Part shown: positions 13,117-27,870 of the stretch, in pieces
How the letters are laid out: each line of letters begins with the position of its first letter
Position numbering within the stretch: position 1 is the stretch's first letter
From: Auanema rhodensis
Taxonomy: Eukaryota; Animalia; Nematoda
Assembly (NCBI GenBank): GCA_964057225.1
Contig: OZ059895.1
Coordinates: forward strand, 11,470,001 to 11,534,000
Length of the DNA: 64,000 nucleotides
Reading direction: 5' to 3'
Notes under the pieces: model-generated
The model's input: the letters and a program-made list of their open reading frames with translations, nothing else
The model's database searches: none
What the model was told of the DNA's origin: nothing
Translations under genes and position numbers: made by a program

Positions 13117-16100
13117 TTTTAACTCTTCTGTAACGAATGTTTTCAATTTTCAAGCAGTTTTACTTAGAAAGCTTAACCCAAGGCAGCAAATTATCTTCAA
13201 TATTATTTCTATCTTACAGTTATAAACAAATAGTTAATGAACCATCATCTTACCTTTACTGTTTCTATCTATTTCCTATCGAAAGCAACTTTGTTCAAAC
13301 ACTATACAACTGTGAAACCTTTTTTAATTTCTTGTATTTGGAGCTCATAAGATTTGATATCATTGAGGGATCCAGATAGAACGTGGAAAATTACATAACT
13401 ACCATGAAATTGGGAAAAAATTGTAACGAGGATAAGTATGTAAATCATTGAATATCAGATATTTTCGCTTACGACCATACCACGTTGAAAGTACGCCATG
13501 CCGCTGATTTTCAATTTTAACTCTTCTGTAACAAATGTTTTCAATTTTCAAGCAGTTTTACTTAGATAGCTCAACCCAAGGCAGCAATTTATCTTCAATA
13601 TTATTTCTATCTTACAGTTATAAACCAATAGTTAATGAATCATCATCTTGCCCTTACCGTTTCTATCTCTTTCCTATCGAAACCAACTTTGTTCAAAAAC
13701 TATACAACTGTGAAACCTTTTTTAATTTCTTGTATTTGGAGCTCATAAGATTTGATATCATTGAAGGATCCAGATAGAACGTGGAAAATTACATAACTAT
13801 CATGAAATTGAGAACAAATTGTAACGAGGATAAGTATGTAAATCATTGAATATCAGATATTTTCGCTTACGACCATACCACGTTAAAAGTACGCCATGCC
13901 GCTGATTTTCAATTTTAACTCTTCTGTAACGAATGTTTTCAATTTTCAAGCAGTTTTACTTAGAAAGCTCAACCCAAGGCAGCAAATTATCTTCAATATT
14001 ATTTCTATCTTACAGTTATAAACCAGTAGTGAATGAACCATCATCTTACCCTTACCGTTTCTATCTATTTCCTATCGAAACCAACTTTGTTCAAAAACTA
14101 TACAACTGTGAAACCTTTTTTAATTTCTTGTATTTGGAGCTCATAAGATTTGATATCATTGAGGGATCCAGATAGAACGTGGAAAATTACATAACTACCA
14201 TGAAATTGGGAAAAAATTGTAACGAGGATAAGTATGTAAATCATTGAATATCAGATATTTTCGCTTAGGACCATACCACGTTGAAAGTACGCCATGCCGC
14301 TGATTTTCAATTTTAACTCTTTTGTAACAAATGTTTTCAATTTTTAAGCAGTTTTACTTAGATAGCTCAACCCAAGGCAGCAAATTATCTTCAATATTAT
14401 TTCTATCTTACAGTTATAAACCAGTAGTGAATGAACCATCATCTTACCCGTACCGTTTCTATCTATTTCCTATCGAAAGCAACTTTGTTCAAAAACTATA
14501 CAACTGTGAAACATTTTTTAATTTCTTGTATTTGAAGCTCATAAGCTTTGATATCATTGAGGAATCCAGATAGAACGTGGAAAATTACGTAACTTACATA
14601 AAATTGGAAGAAACTATAACGAGGATAAGTATGTGAAACATTGAATATCAGATATTTTCGCTTAGGACCATACCACGTTGAAAGTACGCCATGCCGCTGA
14701 TTTTCAATTTTAACTCTTTTGTAACAAATGTTTTCAATTTTTAAGCAGTTTTACTTAGATAGCTCAACCCAAGGCAGCAAATTATCTTCAATATTATTTC
14801 TATCTTACAGTTATAAACCAATAGTTAATGAATCATCATCTTGCCCTTACCGTTTCTATCTCTTTCCTATCGAAACCAACTTTGTTCAAAAACTATACAA
14901 CTGTGAAACCTTTTTTAATTTCTTGTATTTGGAGCTCATAAGATTTGATATCATTGAAGGATCCAGATAGAACGTGGAAAATTACATAACTATCATGAAA
15001 TTGAGAACAAATTGTAACGAGGATAAGTATGTAAATCATTGAATATCAGATATTTTCGCTTACGACCATACCACGTTAAAAGTACGCCATGCCGCTGATT
15101 TTCAATTTTAACTCTTCTGTAACGAATGTTTTCAATTTTCAAGCAGTTTTACTTAGAAAGCTCAACCCAAGGCAGCAAATTATCTTCAATATTATTTCTA
15201 TCTTACAGTTATAAACCAGTAGTGAATGAACCATCATCTTACCCTTACCGTTTCTATCTATTTCCTATCGAAACCAACTTTGTTCAAAAACTATACAACT
15301 GTGAAACCTTTTTTAATTTCTTGTATTTGGAGCTCATAAGATTTGATATCATTGAGGGATCCAGATAGAACGTGGAAAATTACATAACTACCATGAAATT
15401 GGGAAAAAATTGTAACGAGGATAAGTATGTAAATCATTGAATATCAGATATTTTCGCTTAGGACCATACCACGTTGAAAGTACGCCATGCCGCTGATTTT
15501 CAATTTTAACTCTTTTGTAACAAATGTTTTCAATTTTTAAGCAGTTTTACTTAGATAGCTCAACCCAAGGCAGCAAATTATCTTCAATATTATTTCTATC
15601 TTACAGTTATAAACCAGTAGTGAATGAACCATCATCTTACCCGTACCGTTTCTATCTATTTCCTATCGAAAGCAACTTTGTTCAAAAACTATACAACTGT
15701 GAAACATTTTTTAATTTCTTGTATTTGAAGCTCATAAGCTTTGATATCATTGAGGAATCCAGATAGAACGTGGAAAATTACGTAACTTACATAAAATTGG
15801 AAGAAACTATAACGAGGATAAGTATGTGAAACATTGAATATCAGATATTTTCGCTTAGGACCATACCACGTTGAAAGTACGCCATGCCGCTGATTTTCAA
15901 TTTTAACTCTTTTGTAACAAATGTTTTCAATTTTTAAGCAGTTTTACTTAGATAGCTCAACCCAAGGCAGCAAATTATCTTCAATATTATTTCTATCTTA
16001 CAGTTATAAACCAATAGTGAATGAACCATCATCTTACCCTTACCGTTTCTATCTATTTCCTATCGAAACCAACTTTGTTCAAAAACTATACAACTGTGAA

Positions 16101-17050
16101 ACCTTTTTTAATTTCTTGTATTTGGAGCTCATAAGATTTGATATCATTGAGAGATCCAGATAGAACGTGGAAAATTACGTAACTAACATGAAATTGGGAA
16201 AAAATTATAACGAGGATAAGTATGTAAATCATTGAATATCAGATATTTTCGCTTACGACCATACCACGTTAAAAGTACGCCATGCCGCTGATTTTCAATT
16301 TTAACTCTTCTGTAACAAATGTTTTCAATTTTCAAGCAGTTTTACTTAGATAGCTCAACCCAAGGCAGCAATTTATCTTCAATATTATTTCTATCTTACA
16401 GTTATAAACCAATAGTTAATGAATCATCATCTTACCCTTACCGTTTCTATCTATTTCCTATCAAAACCAACTTTGTTCAAAAACTATACAACTGTGAAAC
16501 CTTTTTTAATTTCTTGTATTTGGAGCTCATAAGATTTGATATCATTGAGGGATCCAGATAGAACGTGGAAAATTACGTAACTAACATGAAATTGGGAAAA
16601 AATTATAACGAGGATAAGTATGTAAATCATTGAATATCAGATATTTTCGCTTACGACCATACCACGTTAAAAGTACGCCATGCCGCTGATTTTCAATTTT
16701 AACTCTTCTGTAACAAATGTTTTCAATTTTCAAGCAGTTTTACTTAGAAAGCTCAACCCAAGGCAGCAAATTATCTTCAATATTATTTCTATCTTACAGT
16801 TATAAACCAGTAGTGAATGAACCATCATCTTACCCTTACCGTTTCTATCTATTTCCTATCGAAACCAACTTTGTTCAAAAACTATACAACTGTGAAACCT
16901 TTTTTAATTTCTTGTATTTGGAGCTCATAAGATTTGATATCATTGAGGGATCCAGATAGAACGTGGAAAATTACATAACTACCATGAAACAGTTATAAAC
17001 CAGTAGTGAATGAACCATCATCTTACCCTTACCGTTTCTATCTATTTCCT
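13117..17050. repeat. Copy of the 399-3140 block with an internal 1193-bp (3-monomer) duplication
   Basis: The order at 13137…16717 reads B C D E C' D E F G H+partial, versus B C D E F G H+partial at 419…2806. 13535->14728, 13933->15126 and 14331->15524 are all 1193. Confidence 0.9.
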
Positions 17051-17387
17051 ATCAAAACCAACTTTGTTCAAAAACTATACAACTGTGAAACCTTTTTTAA
17101 TTTCTTGTTTTTGGAGCTCATAAGATTTGATATCATTGAGGGATCCAGATAGAACGTGGAAAATTACATAACTACCATGAAATTGGGAAAAAATTGTAAC
17201 GAGGATAAGTATGTAAATCATTGAATATCAGATATTTTCGCTTAGGACCATACCACGTTGAAAGTACGCCATGCCGCTGATTTTCAATTTTAACTATTTT
17301 GTAACAAATGTTTTCAATTTTCAAGCAGTTTTACTCAGATAGCTTAACCCAAGGCAGCAAATTATCTTCAATATTATTTCTATCTTA

Positions 17388-17966
17388 CAGTTATAAACCA
17401 ATAGTTAATGAACCATCATCATACCCTTACCGTTTCTATCTATTTCCTATCGAAACCAACTTTGTTCAAAAACTATACAACTGTGAAACCTTTTTTAATT
17501 TCTTGTATTTGGAGCTCATAAGATTTGATATCATTGAGGGATCCAGATAGAACGTGGAAAATTACATAACTACCATGAAACAGTTATAAACCAGTAGTGA
17601 ATGAACCATCATCTTACCCTTACCGTTTCTATCTATTTCCTATCAAAACCAACTTTGTTCAAAAACTATACAACTGTGAAACCTTTTTTAATTTCTTGTT
17701 TTTGGAGCTCATAAGATTTGATATCATTGAGGGATCCAGATAGAACGTGGAAAATTACATAACTACCATGAAACAGTTATAAACCAGTAGTGAATGAACC
17801 ATCATCTTACCCTTACCGTTTCTATCTATTTCCTATCGAAAGCAACTTTGTTCAAAAACTATACAACTGTGAAACATTTTTTAATTTCTTGTATTTGAAG
17901 CTCATAAGCTTTGATATCATTGAGGAATCCAGATAGAACGTGGAAAATTACGTAACTTACATAAAA
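17388..17966. repeat. Three consecutive 193-bp sub-units (monomer offsets 101-293)
   Basis: CAGTTATAAA starts at 17388, 17581 and 17774. There are two successive ACCATGAAA|CAGTTATAAA junctions, and the landmark spacing is 783 = 397+2x193. Confidence 0.97.
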
Positions 17967-20900
17967 TTGGAAGAAACTATAACGAGGATAAGTATGTGAA
18001 ACATTGAATATCAGATATTTTCGCTTAGGACCATACCACGTTGAAAGTACGCCATGCCGCTGATTTTCAATTTTAACTCTTTTGTAACAAATGTTTTCAA
18101 TTTTTAAGCAGTTTTACTTAGATAGCTCAACCCAAGGCAGCAAATTATCTTCAATATTATTTCTATCTTACAGTTATAAACCAATAGTTAATGAACCATC
18201 ATCTTACCCTTACCGTTTCTATCTATTTCCTATCGAAACCAACTTTGTTCAAAAACTATACAACTGTGAAACCTTTTTTAATTTCTTGTATTTGGAGCTC
18301 ATAAGATTTGATATCATTGAGGGATCCAGATAGAACGTGGAAAATTACATAACTACCATGAAATTGGGAAAAAATTGTAACGAGGATAAGTATGTAAATC
18401 ATTGAATATCAGATATTTTCGCTTACGACCATACCACGTTAAAAGTACGCCATGCCGCTGATTTTCAATTTTAACTCTTCTGTAACGAATGTTTTCAATT
18501 TTCAAGCAGTTTTACTTAGAAAGCTCAACCCAAGGCAGCAAATTATCTTCAATATTATTTCTATCTTACAGTTATAAACCAGTAGTGAATGAACCATCAT
18601 CTTACCCTTACCGTTTCTATCTATTTCCTATCAAAACCAACTTTGTTCAAAAACTATACAACTGTGAAACCTTTTTTAATTTCTTGTATTTGGAGCTCAT
18701 AAGATTTGATATCATTGAGAGATCCAGATAGAACGTGGAAAATTACGTAACTAACATGAAATTGGGAAAAAATTATAACGAGGATAAGTATGTAAATCAT
18801 TGAATATCAGATATTTTCGCTTACGACCATACCACGTTAAAAGTACGCCATGCCGCTGATTTTCAATTTTAACTCTTCTGTAACAAATGTTTTCAATTTT
18901 CAAGCAGTTTTACTCAGATAGCTCAACCCAAGGCAGCAATTTATCTTCAATATTATTTCTATCTTACAGTTATAAACCAGTAGTGAATGAACCATCATCT
19001 TACCCTTACCGTTTCTATCTATTTCCTATCGAAACCAACTTTGTTCAAAAACTATACAACTGTGAAACCTTTTTTAATTTCTTGTATTTGGAGCTCATAA
19101 GATTTGATATCATTGAGAGATCCAGATAGAACGTGGAAAATTACGTAACTAACATGAAATTGGGAAAAAATTATAACGAGGATAAGTATGTAAATCATTG
19201 AATATCAGATATTTTCGCTTACGACCATACCACGTTGAAAGTACGCCATGCCGCTGATTTTCAATTTTAACTCTTCTGTAACAAATGTTTTCAATTTTCA
19301 AGCAGTTTTACTCAGATAGCTCAACCCAAGGCAGCAATTTATCTTCAATATTATTTCTTTCTTACAGTTATAAACCAATAGTTAATGAACCATCATCTTA
19401 CCCTTACCGTTTCTATCTATTTCCTATCGAAAGCAACTTTGTTCAAACACTATACAACTGTGAAACCTTTTTTAATTTCTTGTATTTGGAGCTCATAAGA
19501 TTTGATATCATTGAGAGATCCAGATAGAACGTGGAAAATTACGTAACTAACATGAAATTGGGAAAAAATTATAACGAGGATAAGTATGTAAATCATTGAA
19601 TATCAGATATTTTCGCTTACGACCATACCACGTTGAAAGTACGCCATGCCGCTGATTTTCAATTTTAACTCTTCTGTAACAAATGTTTTCAATTTTCAAG
19701 CAGTTTTACTTAGATAGCTCAACCCAAGGCAGCAATTTATCTTCAATATTATTTCTATCTTACAGTTATAAACCAATAGTTAATGAATCATCATCTTACC
19801 CTTACCGTTTCTATCTATTTCCTATCGAAAGCAACTTTGTTCAAACACTATACAACTGTGAAACCTTTTTTAATTTCTTGTATTTGGAGCTCATAAGATT
19901 TGATATCATTGAGGGATCCAGATAGAACGTGGAAAATTACATAACTACCATGAAATTGGGAAAAAATTGTAACGAGGATAAGTATGTAAATCATTGAATA
20001 TCAGATATTTTTGCTTACGACCATACCACGTTAAAAGTACGCCATGCCGCTGATTTTCAATTTTAACTCTTCTGTAACGAATGTTTTCAATTTTCAAGCA
20101 GTTTTACTTAGAAAGCTCAACCCAAGGCAGCAAATTATCTTCAATATTATTTCTATCTTACAGTTATAAACCAGTAGTGAATGAACCATCATCTTACCCT
20201 TACCGTTTCTATCTATTTCCTATCGAAACCAACTTTGTTCAAAAACTATACAACTGTGAAACCTTTTTTAATTTCTTGTATTTGGAGCTCATAAGATTTG
20301 ATATCATTGAGGGATCCAGATAGAACGTGGAAAATTACATAACTACCATGAAACAGTTATAAACCAGTAGTGAATGAACCATCATCTTACCCTTACCGTT
20401 TCTATCTATTTCCTATCAAAACCAACTTTGTTCAAAAACTATACAACTGTGAAACCTTTTTTAATTTCTTGTTTTTGGAGCTCATAAGATTTGATATCAT
20501 TGAGGGATCCAGATAGAACGTGGAAAATTACATAACTACCATGAAATTGGGAAAAAATTGTAACGAGGATAAGTATGTAAATCATTGAATATCAGATATT
20601 TTCGCTTAGGACCATACCACGTTGAAAGTACGCCATGCCGCTGATTTTCAATTTTAACTATTTTGTAACAAATGTTTTCAATTTTCAAGCAGTTTTACTC
20701 AGATAGCTTAACCCAAGGCAGCAAATTATCTTCAATATTATTTCTATCTTACAGTTATAAACCAATAGTTAATGAACCATCATCATACCCTTACCGTTTC
20801 TATCTATTTCCTATCGAAACCAACTTTGTTCAAAAACTATACAACTGTGAAACCTTTTTTAATTTCTTGTATTTGGAGCTCATAAGATTTGATATCATTG

Positions 20901-23900
20901 AGGGATCCAGATAGAACGTGGAAAATTACATAACTACCATGAAACAGTTATAAACCAGTAGTGAATGAACCATCATCTTACCCTTACCGTTTCTATCTAT
21001 TTCCTATCAAAACCAACTTTGTTCAAAAACTATACAACTGTGAAACCTTTTTTAATTTCTTGTTTTTGGAGCTCATAAGATTTGATATCATTGAGGGATC
21101 CAGATAGAACGTGGAAAATTACATAACTACCATGAAATTGGGAAAAAATTGTAACGAGGATAAGTATGTAAATCATTGAATATCAGATATTTTCGCTTAG
21201 GACCATACCACGTTGAAAGTACGCCATGCCGCTGATTTTCAATTTTAACTATTTTGTAACAAATGTTTTCAATTTTCAAGCAGTTTTACTCAGATAGCTT
21301 AACCCAAGGCAGCAAATTATCTTCAATATTATTTCTATCTTACAGTTATAAACCAATAGTTAATGAACCATCATCATACCCTTACCGTTTCTATCTATTT
21401 CCTATCGAAACCAACTTTGTTCAAAAACTATACAACTGTGAAACCTTTTTTAATTTCTTGTTTTTGGAGCTCATAAGATTTGATATCATTGAGGGATCCA
21501 GATAGAACGTGGAAAATTACGTAACTAACATGAAATTGGGAAAAAATTATAACGAGGATAAGTATGTAAATCATTGAATATCAGATATTTTCGCTTACGA
21601 CCATACCACGTTAAAAGTACGCCATGCCGCTGATTTTCAATTTTAACTCTTCTGTAACAAATGTTTTCAATTTTCAAGCAGTTTTACTTAGAAAGCTCAA
21701 CCCAAGGCAGCAAATTATCTTCAATATTATTTCTATCTTACAGTTATAAACCAGTAGTGAATGAACCATCATCTTACCCTTACCGTTTCTATCTATTTCC
21801 TATCGAAACCAACTTTGTTCAAAAACTATACAACTGTGAAACCTTTTTTAATTTCTTGTATTTGAAGCTCATAAGCTTTGATATCATTGAGGGATCCAGA
21901 TAGAACGTGGAAAATTACATAACTACCATGAAATTGGGAAAAAATTGTAACGAGGATAAGTATGTAAATCATTGAATATCAGATATTTTTGCTTACGACC
22001 ATACCACGTTAAAAGTACGCCATGCCGCTGATTTTCAATTTTAACTCTTCTGTAACGAATGTTTTCAATTTTCAAGCAGTTTTACTTAGAAAGCTCAACC
22101 CAAGGCAGCAAATTATCTTCAATATTATTTCTATCTTACAGTTATAAACCAGTAGTGAATGAACCATCATCTTACCCTTACCGTTTCTATCTATTTCCTA
22201 TCGAAACCAACTTTGTTCAAAAACTATACAACTGTGAAACCTTTTTTAATTTCTTGTATTTGGAGCTCATAAGATTTGATATCATTGAGGGATCCAGATA
22301 GAACGTGGAAAATTACATAACTACCATGAAACAGTTATAAACCAGTAGTGAATGAACCATCATCTTACCCTTACCGTTTCTATCTATTTCCTATCAAAAC
22401 CAACTTTGTTCAAAAACTATACAACTGTGAAACCTTTTTTAATTTCTTGTATTTGGAGCTCATAAGATTTGATATCATTGAGGGATCCAGATAGAACGTG
22501 GAAAATTACATAACTACCATGAAATTGGGAAAAAATTGTAACGAGGATAAGTATGTAAATCATTGAATATCAGATATTTTCGCTTACGACCATACCACGT
22601 TAAAAGTACGCCATGCCGCTGATTTTCAATTTTAACTCTTCTGTAACAAATGTTTTCAATTTTCAAGCAGTTTTACTTAGAAAGCTCAACCCAAGGCAGC
22701 AAATTATCTTCAATATTATTTCTATCTTACAGTTATAAACCAGTAGTGAATGAACCATCATCTTACCCTTACCGTTTCTATCTATTTCCTATCGAAACCA
22801 ACTTTGTTCAAAAACTATACAACTGTGAAACCTTTTTTAATTTCTTGTATTTGGAGCTCATAAGATTTGATATCATTGAGGGATCCAGATAGAACGTGGA
22901 AAATTACATAACTACCATGAAACAGTTATAAACCAGTAGTGAATGAACCATCATCTTACCCTTACCGTTTCTATCTATTTCCTATCAAAACCAACTTTGT
23001 TCAAAAACTATACAACTGTGAAACCTTTTTTAATTTCTTGTATTTGGAGCTCATAAGATTTGATATCATTGAGGGATCCAGATAGAACGTGGAAAATTAC
23101 ATAACTACCATGAAATTGGGAAAAAATTGTAACGAGGATAAGTATGTAAATCATTGAATATCAGATATTTTTGCTTACGACCATACCACGTTAAAAGTAC
23201 GCCATGCCGCTGATTTTCAATTTTAACTCTTCTGTAACGAATGTTTTCAATTTTCAAGCAGTTTTACTTAGAAAGCTCAACCCAAGGCAGCAAATTATCT
23301 TCAATATTATTTCTATCTTACAGTTATAAACCAGTAGTGAATGAACCATCATCTTACCCTTACCGTTTCTATCTATTTCCTATCGAAAGCAACTTTGTTC
23401 AAACACTATACAACTGTGAAACCTTTTTTAATTTCTTGTATTTGGAGCTCATAAGATTTGATATCATTGAGGGATCCAGATAGAACGTGGAAAATTACAT
23501 AACTACCATGAAATTGGGAAAAAATTGTAACGAGGATAAGTATGTAAATCATTGAATATCAGATATTTTTGCTTACGACCATACCACGTTAAAAGTACGC
23601 CATGCCGCTGATTTTCAATTTTAACTCTTCTGTAACAAATGTTTTCAATTTTCAAGCAGTTTTACTTAGATAGCTCAACCCAAGGCAGCAATTTATCTTC
23701 AATATTATTTCTATCTTACAGTTATAAACCAATAGTTAATGAATCATCATCTTACCCTTACCGTTTCTATCTATTTCCTATCGAAAGCAACTTTGTTCAA
23801 ACACTATACAACTGTGAAACCTTTTTTAATTTCTTGTATTTGGAGCTCATAAGATTTGATATCATTGAGGGATCCAGATAGAACGTGGAAAATTACATAA

Positions 23901-26900
23901 CTACCATGAAATTGGGAAAAAATTGTAACGAGGATAAGTATGTAAATCATTGAATATCAGATATTTTTGCTTACGACCATACCACGTTAAAAGTACGCCA
24001 TGCCGCTGATTTTCAATTTTAACTCTTCTGTAACGAATGTTTTCAATTTTCAAGCAGTTTTACTTAGAAAGCTCAACCCAAGGCAGCAAATTATCTTCAA
24101 TATTATTTCTATCTTACAGTTATAAACCAGTAGTGAATGAACCATCATCTTACCCTTACCGTTTCTATCTATTTCCTATCGAAACCAACTTTGTTCAAAA
24201 ACTATACAACTGTGAAACCTTTTTTAATTTCTTGTATTTGGAGCTCATAAGATTTGATATCTTTGAGGGATCCAGATAGAACGTGGAAAATTACATAACT
24301 ACCATGAAACAGTTATAAACCAGTAGTGAATGAACCATCATCTTACCCTTACCGTTTCTATCTATTTCCTATCAAAACCAACTTTGTTCAAAAACTATAC
24401 AACTGTGAAACCTTTTTTAATTTCTTGTTTTTGGAGCTCATAAGATTTGATATCATTGAGGGATCCAGATAGAACGTGGAAAATTACATAACTACCATGA
24501 AATTGGGAAAAAATTGTAACGAGGATAAGTATGTAAATCATTGAATATCAGATATTTTCGCTTAGGACCATACCACGTTGAAAGTACGCCATGCCGCTGA
24601 TTTTCAATTTTAACTATTTTGTAACAAATGTTTTCAATTTTCAAGCAGTTTTACTCAGATAGCTTAACCCAAGGCAGCAAATTATCTTCAATATTATTTC
24701 TATCTTACAGTTATAAACCAATAGTTAATGAACCATCATCATACCCTTACCGTTTCTATCTATTTCCTATCGAAACCAACTTTGTTCAAAAACTATACAA
24801 CTGTGAAACCTTTTTTAATTTCTTGTTTTTGGAGCTCATAAGATTTGATATCATTGAGGGATCCAGATAGAACGTGGAAAATTACATAACTTACATAAAA
24901 TTGGAAGAAACTATAACGAGGATAAGTATGTGAAACATTGAATATCAGATATTTTCGCTTAGGACCATACCACGTTGAAAGTACGCCATGCCGCTGATTT
25001 TCAATTTTAACTCTTTTGTAACAAATGTTTTCAATTTTTAAGCAGTTTTACTTAGATAGCTCAACCCAAGGCAGCAAATTATCTTCAATATTATTTCTAT
25101 CTTACAGTTATAAACCAATAGTTAATGAACCATCATCTTACCCTTACCGTTTCTATCTATTTCCTATCGAAACCAACTTTGTTCAAAAACTATACAACTG
25201 TGAAACCTTTTTTAATTTCTTGTATTTGGAGCTCATAAGATTTGATATCATTGAGGGATCCAGATAGAACGTGGAAAATTACATAACTACCATGAAATTG
25301 GGAAAAAATTGTAACGAGGATAAGTATGTAAATCATTGAATATCAGATATTTTCGCTTACGACCATACCACGTTAAAAGTACGCCATGCCGCTGATTTTC
25401 AATTTTAACTCTTCTGTAACGAATGTTTTCAATTTTCAAGCAGTTTTACTTAGAAAGCTCAACCCAAGGCAGCAAATTATCTTCAATATTATTTCTATCT
25501 TACAGTTATAAACCAGTAGTGAATGAACCATCATCTTACCCTTACCGTTTCTATCTATTTCCTATCAAAACCAACTTTGTTCAAAAACTATACAACTGTG
25601 AAACCTTTTTTAAATTCTTGTATTTGGAGCTCATAAGATTTGATATCATTGAGAGATCCAGATAGAACGTGGAAAATTACGTAACTAACATGAAATTGGG
25701 AAAAAATTATAACGAGGATAAGTATGTAAATCATTGAATATCAGATATTTTCGCTTACGACCATACCACGTTAAAAGTACGCCATGCCGCTGATTTTCAA
25801 TTTTAACTCTTCTGTAACAAATGTTTTCAATTTTCAAGCAGTTTTACTCAGATAGCTCAACCCAAGGCAGCAATTTATCTTCAATATTATTTCTATCTTA
25901 CAGTTATAAACCAGTAGTGAATGAACCATCATCTTACCCTTACCGTTTCTATCTATTTCCTATCGAAACCAACTTTGTTCAAAAACTATACAACTGTGAA
26001 ACCTTTTTTAATTTCTTGTATTTGGAGCTCATAAGATTTGATATCATTGAGAGATCCAGATAGAACGTGGAAAATTACGTAACTAACATGAAATTGGGAA
26101 AAAATTATAACGAGGATAAGTATGTAAATCATTGAATATCAGATATTTTCGCTTACGACCATACCACGTTGAAAGTACGCCATGCCGCTGATTTTCAATT
26201 TTAACTCTTCTGTAACAAATGTTTTCAATTTTCAAGCAGTTTTACTTAGATAGCTCAACCCAAGGCAGCAATTTATCTTCAATATTATTTCTATCTTACA
26301 GTTATAAACCAATAGTTAATGAACCATCATCTTACCCTTACCGTTTCTATCTATTTCCTATCGAAAGCAACTTTGTTCAAACACTATACAACTGTGAAAC
26401 CTTTTTTAATTTCTTGTATTTGGAGCTCATAAGATTTGATATCATTGAGAGATCCAGATAGAACGTGGAAAATTACGTAACTAACATGAAATTGGGAAAA
26501 AATTATAACGAGGATAAGTATGTAAATCATTGAATATCAGATATTTTCGCTTACGACCATACCACGTTGAAAGTACGCCATGCCGCTGATTTTCAATTTT
26601 AACTCTTCTGTAACAAATGTTTTCAATTTTCAAGCAGTTTTACTTAGATAGCTCAACCCAAGGCAGCAATTTATCTTCAATATTATTTCTATCTTACAGT
26701 TATAAACCAATAGTTAATGAATCATCATCTTACCCTTACCGTTTCTATCTATTTCCTATCGAAAGCAACTTTGTTCAAACACTATACAACTGTGAAACCT
26801 TTTTTAATTTCTTGTATTTGGAGCTCATAAGATTTGATATCATTGAGGGATCCAGATAGAACGTGGAAAATTACATAACTACCATGAAATTGGGAAAAAA

Positions 26901-27870
26901 TTGTAACGAGGATAAGTATGTAAATCATTGAATATCAGATATTTTTGCTTACGACCATACCACGTTAAAAGTACGCCATGCCGCTGATTTTCAATTTTAA
27001 CTCTTCTGTAACGAATGTTTTCAATTTTCAAGCAGTTTTACTTAGAAAGCTCAACCCAAGGCAGCAAATTATCTTCAATATTATTTCTATCTTACAGTTA
27101 TAAACCAGTAGTGAATGAACCATCATCTTACCCTTACCGTTTCTATCTATTTCCTATCGAAACCAACTTTGTTCAAAAACTATACAACTGTGAAACCTTT
27201 TTTAATTTCTTGTATTTGGAGCTCATAAGATTTGATATCATTGAGGGATCCAGATAGAACGTGGAAAATTACATAACTACCATGAAACAGTTATAAACCA
27301 GTAGTGAATGAACCATCATCTTACCCTTACCGTTTCTATCTATTTCCTATCAAAACCAACTTTGTTCAAAAACTATACAACTGTGAAACCTTTTTTAATT
27401 TCTTGTTTTTGGAGCTCATAAGATTTGATATCATTGAGGGATCCAGATAGAACGTGGAAAATTACATAACTACCATGAAATTGGGAAAAAATTGTAACGA
27501 GGATAAGTATGTAAATCATTGAATATCAGATATTTTCGCTTAGGACCATACCACGTTGAAAGTACGCCATGCCGCTGATTTTCAATTTTAACTATTTTGT
27601 AACAAATGTTTTCAATTTTCAAGCAGTTTTACTCAGATAGCTTAACCCAAGGCAGCAAATTATCTTCAATATTATTTCTATCTTACAGTTATAAACCAAT
27701 AGTTAATGAACCATCATCATACCCTTACCGTTTCTATCTATTTCCTATCGAAACCAACTTTGTTCAAAAACTATACAACTGTGAAACCTTTTTTAATTTC
27801 TTGTATTTGGAGCTCATAAGATTTGATATCATTGAGGGATCCAGATAGAACGTGGAAAATTACGTAACTA
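17950..27870. repeat. ~3-kb block duplicated at 6934-bp offset (~17950-20940 vs ~24884-27870)
   Basis: Variants at 18091/18489/18887/19285/19683/20081+partial/20672 recur at 25025/25423/25821/26219/26617/27015+partial/27606. Boundaries are approximate. Confidence 0.88.
20061..23220. repeat. Two pairs of tandem 591-bp (398+193) composite units (20061-21242 and 22039-23220)
   Basis: Landmark spacings 20081->20672->21263 and 22059->22650->23241 are all 591. Confidence 0.95.
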
